Assembly: GCA_043228905.1 (NCBI GenBank)
Contig: JBHGNT010000001.1
Coordinates: forward strand, 34,782,001 to 34,846,000
Direction of reading: 5' to 3'
Length of the DNA: 64,000 nt
Source: Azolla caroliniana
Taxonomy: Eukaryota; Plantae; Polypodiophyta
The notes below the pieces were generated by a model. The model worked only from the letters and a program-made list of their open reading frames with translations. It searched no databases and was not told the origin of the DNA. The first letter of the stretch is position 1; each line of letters opens with the position of its first letter. The translations under genes were made by a program, and so were the position numbers. Of the stretch, positions 56,355 through 64,000 are shown in pieces.

Positions 56355-56685
56355 TGGTCATCCCAAATTTGGAGATGCTTGGAATTTGCGTTTACACAAT
56401 TTAAATCCGTTTATTGTAAAATGCCACCATTAAACTTGTTGAGTGGTCATCTCAAATTTGGAGATGCTTGGACTCTGCTTTTACACAATTTAAATCCGTT
56501 TATTGTGTAATCGATGCACCACTAATCTTGACACGCATCTTAAATCTCACATCTTGTGTAATGAGTGGTCATCTCATATTTGGAAATCTCTCGAATCTGC
56601 TTTACACATCTTAAATCTGATAGGAGTGTATTGTCACCCTTAATCTTGACAATTGGTCATCACCAAATTGGAAACACCTTGGAGT
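56355..56685. repeat. Degenerate tandem repeat (4 copies, ~88-122 bp) between the convergent PPR and MAP65 3' ends
   Basis: tggtcatc.caaatttgga.at begins at 56355, 56444, 56566 and 56654; the first three continue with tttacaca..ttaaatc. Confidence 0.85.
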
Positions 56686-57085
56686 ATTGATGATATTCGT
56701 TCAGCTCAAGAAGAACCAGACAGCTATATATATTTGAACTACGTTCTTCAAAAATAAATACAAATAAATATTGATAATCCCGTTTCAAAAATACCTTTTG
56801 ATTTTTCAACTCATTAAGAATAACTTTTTCAGAAGTTGTAAACTGAAATGATCAATTTTCGAATCCCACTAGGAGTAACAACTATATATATACACATATA
56901 TATGCTCGGCCAACTCATATTGGCTGCCAAATAAACTCATATCCTCTTTTTACTAAAATGAAGGAAGCATCAAAATAGAAACATTTTGCTCATAAAAAGA
57001 GCCACTTTTCTAAAAACTTGCACTGCATGGCATCACTCACATTTGACTGGAAACCAATCGCTAATAAAGGTTTCATTACTTTTAT

Positions 57086-60000
57086 CTATCTGCATACTGG
57101 ACTCACATATGACTGATGCTGGTGGAACATGAAAGCCAATCGCTTCTCTTCAAAAGAATATTCTTGGGGTCTATGCACTACTTGTGGATTTGTTGGAAAC
57201 GTTAAACATGGTTCCACATTTGGCACAGATAATAAAAATGGCTCCACATTTAATTGCTGTGTATGAGCTCCCTGAGGACTTGCTGCTAAATTTGGTGGGG
57301 TAGCGTTTTCTCCATCAAGGACAGCTATTGTCTTCGTCAATGATCCATTCAACAAAGAAGCACTTGATAATGGGCTTTTTATATTGTTTGTAGCTTTTAC
57401 TACAGCAGAAGTAGCTTGACTCTCCTCTGTATTTGTATTTGTATTCACTCTGTGTTGTGGTGCAGTAACCGGTGAAAATGGCACTCGAGTCGGAGAATCT
57501 GTGACTTGTCCAGGTTGAAATTTATTGCCTGCATTTATTACATGCACACGCACAAAGGACATGAGTTTAAACAAAGAAGTATCAAGACAGAAACTTACAT
57601 GTAACTTTTTACTTACCATGAGGCGATAAATTATCATCATCGTGTAGAAGTACTCTGCTCACTGAGCTTGGTGTTTGAGTAACTCTCCTGTTCGAAGTTA
57701 GTGCTTCTTCTCTGCCCTGATGTGGAATGTTATCTTCATCAGGTAAAAGCACTCTATTGACTTGGGCTGGTGTTTGAGTTACTCTTCTGGGCGTTAGCCC
57801 ATCTCGTGCATGGATCATATCACCATGTGTAATAACAGGTCTAGGAGTTGCTCCATTCATCCTTCCAATAGCAGGAGGTTCATGCAACATGGCTCCACCA
57901 ATCGACATTCTACGGCTTGCTGGTGTGCTATTTCCGTTCATTCTAGAGGGAGTAGCTCCTTTTCTCAAAGGTGTTTTACCATTTGGGCTTTGCCTTGTTC
58001 CAAAAAGAGTCTCTTGCTCATTCACTAACTGCTCATGGAGTCTTTTTTGATCCTGTTGTGTAACGACAATAATTAGTTTTCTACAAATAAGACCTGCTTC
58101 ACCTCAATCTAATAAAAAAATAAACCAGCTTTTGTACTAACTAAAACCTTGGAAATCTATAAATCAGCAAAGATTGCTCAGATAGTTTGAGTTTGCCATT
58201 GAAAATATTTTCAGTCCCTTGTGATGATTTTTTAGTCCAAAAAACAAAATCTATCCTAGTCCATAAGAAAAACCAAAAACACATTTCTCATACCCGTTGT
58301 CTGCGGCGTTCCTCCTCCTTCCCTATCCTCAATATATTGTACTCTTCAATGGTTGAGAGGAGTCTTACCTGATAAACAAAAGGTATATACAAATAAAAAT
58401 ACATCATAGATTACCACTTTCGACTGTTCTCTCAACTGTCAGTAAGTAGCATACCCCATCATATAAAAATGGCTTTCCCCTCTCTTCCTCCCATGCTTTA
58501 GTCTTCATAATAAGGGCTTCTACCATTGCTGTTTGTGAGGAAGACATGGCTCATCATTTAGAATATGATTTATGTTTCAAAGTGAATACACACATAGATC
58601 AGCTTACCTGGGATTTTGTTGACAGCTGCGCGGGCACGCTCAGCTCTCTTTAAATTCAAATGTGCACCTCTTGTTGCACTATACCGATTTTCGTCCTATC
58701 CATCATGAATTACAATCCGTTGATTACTTAACAACATTCTTACCTTGAGAAACTCTTGAAATGTTGGGTTTCATTACCCCCACCCTATATCTTTTTCTAC
58801 TAACCTTATTATAGTCCTCCAGCCAACTCTCTTCTTCACAAGCTCCCATCCATTTTTCAACCTTTTCCATTATTTCTCTTCTGCTAAAAGCTTCTTCCTT
58901 GATGCAACCTATTTTCTCTTCAATGGTTGCAAGGAGTTCTTCTGGATCTACCAAGCCTAACAAACATAATCAACATGTTACTATCCAAAGTAGAGAGAAG
59001 TATCACAGTGGACTAGCCAAAATAAGTCATCCTCACCAGATTCCATAGATTCAATGGAATTGTCTAATGCAATATAACTATCTGGAATAATATGAGCCTT
59101 TCTACATAGCTCTTCCATGTCATTTCGCTTCTTGAGAACAAGTTCCTTCATCTTGCTGGCTTTCAAATTCTCCAAACGTTCAACCTCCAACGCAGCCTAC
59201 ACTTAAATACAACACGCTAAGCAACCAATGAATTGAGCTCATATTATTCAGGAGTAGTCTTTGCCTTTCTGAATACTTAAAAAATGCTAACGAGTTGGGG
59301 GGAGAGCTCTGAGAGAGACAGCAAAATTTGTTCATCCAGAGTGGTTCTCTCTTTTCCAAACAATAGAAATATGTTGTCGCCACTATATCAGCTTGATTTG
59401 AGCATATTTCTTATCAAACGTGTATTAAAGAATGGGATTACCTGCTCAATAACAGCCTCAGAAAGCACACCTGCCGCAACAATTTCGTCCTCTTCAGCTG
59501 CAATGTTACACGTTACATGACGGAACTCATGTTGTTCTTCTAGAGGTGTATCCATTAAGTTCCAAAGCTCAAGTAATGAGGCTGCTATGTCTTGGATCTG
59601 TTAAGTATTGGTTTAAAGGAAGGTCAACACAAATACAACGATAATAAGGTTCTCAAGAAACCCCATTAATTAGGCAACTTGCTTGCAGTTACTCAATAAT
59701 TAAAATATAACCTGTTGCATTTTTCTCCTCTTCTCCTCTCTAAGTGTTTCTATGGTACTTTCTAGCCTTTTGATGGTTTCATTACTGATGCTTTTGTCCT
59801 GGCGATTATTAGTAGATTCATCGAATGTTGAATTCACTGCCCTTACAGTTGAGAAAAAATCGCAACCCAGAACCATACAGAGGTCATGGATAGAATCCAG
59901 ATTTTTTTCAACCTTCAAGAGTCGATCTTCCTGTCATATATAGAATACATATAGCATTTCAATACATAAGAAAATCATGTCTTTTTGTCCTTTAATTTTT

Positions 60001-61593
60001 TTGAAACTTACATAAACATAACTTAATGCTCATATCTAAATATTCGCCAAACCTTTTCTTTGTGTAGAATCTGAAGTTGTGTTTGTAGCTCCTCAAGTTT
60101 TCTTTGTGTAAGATCCTTTTCATGAATTGGAATTTCCATCAGGGGAGCTGATGGGCATATTTCACGCTGGATGCTTTGAATCTGGGATCTGATTTCTTGT
60201 AGCACCCTCAACCGCTCATCCTTCTTTTTTGACATCTCATCCAAGATGGGTTTCAATTGTGCAAGTTGTTCTTTAAGAGGACAACCTCTGTTCTCTAGCT
60301 GTAAAACCATCAAACTTGGTGAGGAATACACAAAACTGAAGAGAAGCAAGAAGATGTCAATTTTGAAGTTTCAGAATGACATGATTCACTTACTGAATCC
60401 AGAATAACTCAATTCATTAAATAAGTGCTGTGAAACAAATTTAATAAGTACTGAAGAGAATCATTTACCCATTTTTCACAAATCCATAATTGCATTTGAC
60501 ATTTTAAAAGCTTTTGTTGTTTAGAGCCCCTCAAATTGTTGAGGATTTCAAAAACCTCAATACAAGTTAGGAACTGATGATTACCACAATCATTAACATA
60601 TTTGAAGCAAGTTGTTTGATACCTCAATTTTGGTGCACAAAAATCTCCCAAGTAGCAAGATGTCTAAGATTTCAGAACAATATGAAGCATCTCATAAAAT
60701 TCAATGGAAGCACTTGGTATATGATATCAAAATACCATAAACATATTCCAAAATAATTACTCGTTTAATATTAACTTAAATTGTTTCATATTACCAAACA
60801 TACTAGTTTAAGACTGACGAGAATCAAGGGATTAGTACAAACTACTAACGTAACATGATTTATTTACTGAACACTGATAAAAAAACCTTGAACACTATCA
60901 TATGAAAAAATACACAAAAGTTACAAAATTTGTTGACAGTTTGATACCTGGGATACTGGAGGGAGATCTCCAAGGGCCGAAGCAAAAGACACAATCTGAG
61001 AATGGATATCAGCAAGCAATTGATGTAAGGTTGTTCGCAACCGATTAGCTTCATCAACCTTGCGATGATATACTTGCAAACATTCTTGCTCTATGTCTAA
61101 GAGCATCTGGTCCCTATCTTCATTACTCTCTCCTACTTCATCCCAAATTAACTACACGCGAGACATTATATTATGTAAGAGTTAACAAGAAACAGTATAA
61201 TGTAAGACTTAGAAATACATTCTATTATGTAAGATTTAACAAAACAAAAATCACAAGCTGATGACAGTCTTGCTCCATCTCTGAGATGGTACCAGATCTC
61301 TCTCTTCACAAACCGTACTACAAAGAAAACCATATATTATATAATCTTTAAACATAGACGAGTTTAGAAGATTTAAGCATTCTTTAAATGGATTTAAAAA
61401 AAAGCCTCGCCAAAAGTTAAAGAGGTTTTTTAACTGATAGGATTGACATGAAATTGCATATATAACTAAGGAGAATTGATCACATTTCAGGGTTTAATGC
61501 AACGAGAGAGAAGCAAACCTGTAATTCATTTAGCAACATCCCACAAGTATTCTCAATGTTCGAGAGTTGTTGCCTTCCGCGAGGCGTAGCCAT
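57086..61593 (-). CDS. MAP65: 65-kDa microtubule-associated protein (MAP65/Ase1/PRC1 family)
   Basis: ATG at 61593 ([17 protein letters not shown]|). Exon 61151-60948 [32 protein letters not shown]. Further exons with [84 protein letters not shown] and terminal [11 protein letters not shown]. Stop at 57086. Confidence 0.95.
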
Positions 61594-62094
61594 TCTGAGG
61601 TGTGCGTGTAATAATTTCTCTGCAATAGAAAATTTATGTCAAATCTAAACAATCAGCTATTATCGTTCGCTGGAAAATAAAACCTTCATGTATTTTCCTT
61701 GACCGAAGAAACACATTTGACTTTTTTGGTTTGACAAAAACAAATTCCTGGATTTTTCGGTGTCAAAAATGAGTTCTTGTATTGAATGAAAACTCTCAAA
61801 ATCAAAGTGTAGAGGTTCCTACTTTAGGAAGAATATGCATTTCTGGAGTTGCTTTATTTCCGCAAATTTTAAGGCGAATATGAACAAAAAGTCGTCATTG
61901 TTAGGATTCAGATTTTCTTGGAGAAAAAATATTAGTGTTTGGAGAGGAGGATGAAATTCGAGGTTTCTTGAAAACAGGTTTCTTGATTGTTCTTTGAAGC
62001 TTTCTTAAAGAATGAATGTTACTTTTCTTTTCCAGAAGAACAAGGGAAATGAAAGGATGCAAAATAAGGGATTATGGCAGGAGAAGTTCCTGCC

Positions 62095-62098
<4 letters not shown>

Positions 62099-62130
<32 letters not shown>

Positions 62131-62196
62131 ATACCTTGCAAGAAGAATAAAAGAAGCTTCGGATCTGAGAGAGGAAGAGCGATGTGAAAATGATCT

Positions 62197-62233
<37 letters not shown>

Positions 62234-62272
62234 ATGGAGAAGGAGAAACAGAAATAGAAAAAAGATCGACTG

Positions 62273-62305
<33 letters not shown>

Positions 62306-62312
62306 AGAGGGA
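62099..62312. repeat. (GA)n/(GAA)n microsatellites in the probable MAP65 5' UTR/promoter
   Basis: Long gaga and gaagaa tracts. A minus-strand donor (CAAG|GTATGC, ~62133) and acceptor (~61620) suggest a 5' UTR intron. Confidence 0.75.
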
Positions 62313-64000
62313 GGGAGATAGAGAGGTAAAGTAGCCGTTTTTTGAGTTGTGGGGTAAGAGTAGCAGCAGCATGTAGCCGTTTTGCTTTCTGCTTTCTGCT
62401 TTTTGCTTTTCCGCCCTGCTGTTTCTTTCTTAGCTTATGTAGTTCTTTTTCTTTTTTGTTGTCTTGGACTCTTGCCTCTTGGGTTGTATGAGAACTTGGG
62501 AGGTTCTTTTGTCCTTCTCGTCCGGTGGAGAGAGGCATATATGCTCGAACCACCTTCTTGTAATTATCCTTTTACTTGTGGCCAAACTGCTAAAGCTCGT
62601 GTGGCCCTCCATATGTATGTATGTATGTCCTATGTCTTACACTTCTCGATCCCATCAAGAGTCCATATTGCTTGGTTTGTAGGCCAGAAGAGATGTCCCA
62701 CTGCTTGTTTATGGTTTTTGCATCCTTGCTACGTTTCCTTTTGGACTTCGCACACAACAACTCGTTGCAGGTCTCGGCGCTGCTGTGAAAAGAAAAAGGG
62801 CGCATCAGACCCCCATTGTTAGCGATTGTATTGTTGTTACACTCGGATGGGATCTGGGTTGTTCCCCCTCTCATTCATCACGCCCTTTTGGTTCTATCAT
62901 TTTACACTCTTTTGTCATGTCACTTCTTTATTTCTCAATGTTTTCACTTGTTTCCTATGACCTCTTATGTGACGATTCAATGAAAGACTTACAATTGCTC
63001 AAAATGCCACAACAAAATCTCTGTCAATCATCATCTGAAACTCTACAAATGAGTGTGTTTCAAGATTAAAATGTTGTGTTTATGCCCTTTCCATATTTTG
63101 CAAGTTTATTGATAGAATTATTCCCTCAGGTTTTAAGAGACTTAACTCATTTCTGGTTGGAATTTTAATAGTTTTTAAGTATTTTGATTTTTTTTTCCCA
63201 AAAGAAACTCTACTTCGCATTAGTTAGCAAACAAAATACATCATTGACCAACAAATTTCAACAACCCTCACATTGGCCTTCTCACCAAAGTAGTCATAGT
63301 CCCCACCTCATTTTCAACAAAAATATCCCAACTCCTAATTATAGTTGGTTTGGATTCTTTGCTTTTATAATCAAAACTTATATGAGGAAAAACTTGGTGG
63401 TAATAGTTTTTAAGTATTATTAAAACTAATTAAACTTCGAAAAAACTTATAGTCATCCCATTATGGTTGGTTTCAATTCTTTGCTTTTATAATTGAAACT
63501 TAAATGAGGAAAAACTTAGGGGTATTTTCATAGATCATATGATCTTCTAAGGGTTCTAATCTAGACTTGTTTGAGCAACTCAGAGATGACAACCTTGGCA
63601 CGAGTGGCAATCTAACATTTTCATATGGTGCAAGCAAAAATATATACGAGATCTACATTATTATTCTTTAGACCCAGTTCAAAGTAATACTTTTTTGTAA
63701 CGAAAACCCCACAAAAGAATACAAATAAACATCCAAATAATGTACAAATAGTATACCATGATGCTTATTTTTTTAATTATATCACACTACAATTGTTGGC
63801 CACGACATATATCGAAGACCTCTCTTTCTTTCCTTCTATTGATAAAAAAATGTGATCAATGATGGGGGTTAACTGCGGACAAATTTTTTTTTGTGTTGAT
63901 ATGGCACTGATATCCTATCAAGAGGGTAATGTACAAAATCTCTCATTATGCATCATTGCAACAAATTGGCCCTTCCTTATCTTTAAGTTTTCCCCATAAA

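Noticed and set aside
62005-63069. Several 60-180 aa ORFs and an exon-like segment (~62640-62790, minus) upstream of MAP65
   Set aside because: Mostly microsatellite-driven; no frame gave a recognisable protein, so it cannot be supported.

Overview
Eukaryotic land-plant nuclear DNA: AT-rich, GT-AG introns and many (CT)n/(GA)n/(GT)n microsatellites. The long PLS-PPR gene and the ancestral-looking polymerase subunit suggest a non-seed plant, possibly a fern; this is an inference. Nine protein-coding genes could be built by hand from splice sites: the last exon of a THA8-like PPR protein (+), a VNS-type (VND/NST/SMB) NAC transcription factor (+), CCDC124 (-), the NEDD8 protease SENP8/DEN1 (-), a STRUBBELIG-receptor-family LRR-RLK (+), a full-length but unusually divergent Pol IV/V-type second-largest RNA polymerase subunit (NRPD2/NRPE2-like, -), ribosomal protein RPS6 (+), a 1000-aa intronless PLS-class PPR protein truncated in its E domain (+) and MAP65 (-). 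Intergenic and intronic space holds LINE remnants, a Mutator-like MITE family, a tRNA-like SINE head and many degenerate tandem arrays. The most notable observations are: (1) the polymerase subunit mixes NRPD2 signatures with NRPB2-like segments and has substitutions at normally invariant motifs, making it a candidate for a distinct plant polymerase; (2) an array of about 5-6 decayed copies of the PPR gene's own 5' end sits directly upstream of it; (3) an intronic inverted minisatellite forms a pre-miRNA-like hairpin in the SRF gene. All homology calls come from recalled motifs, not database searches.
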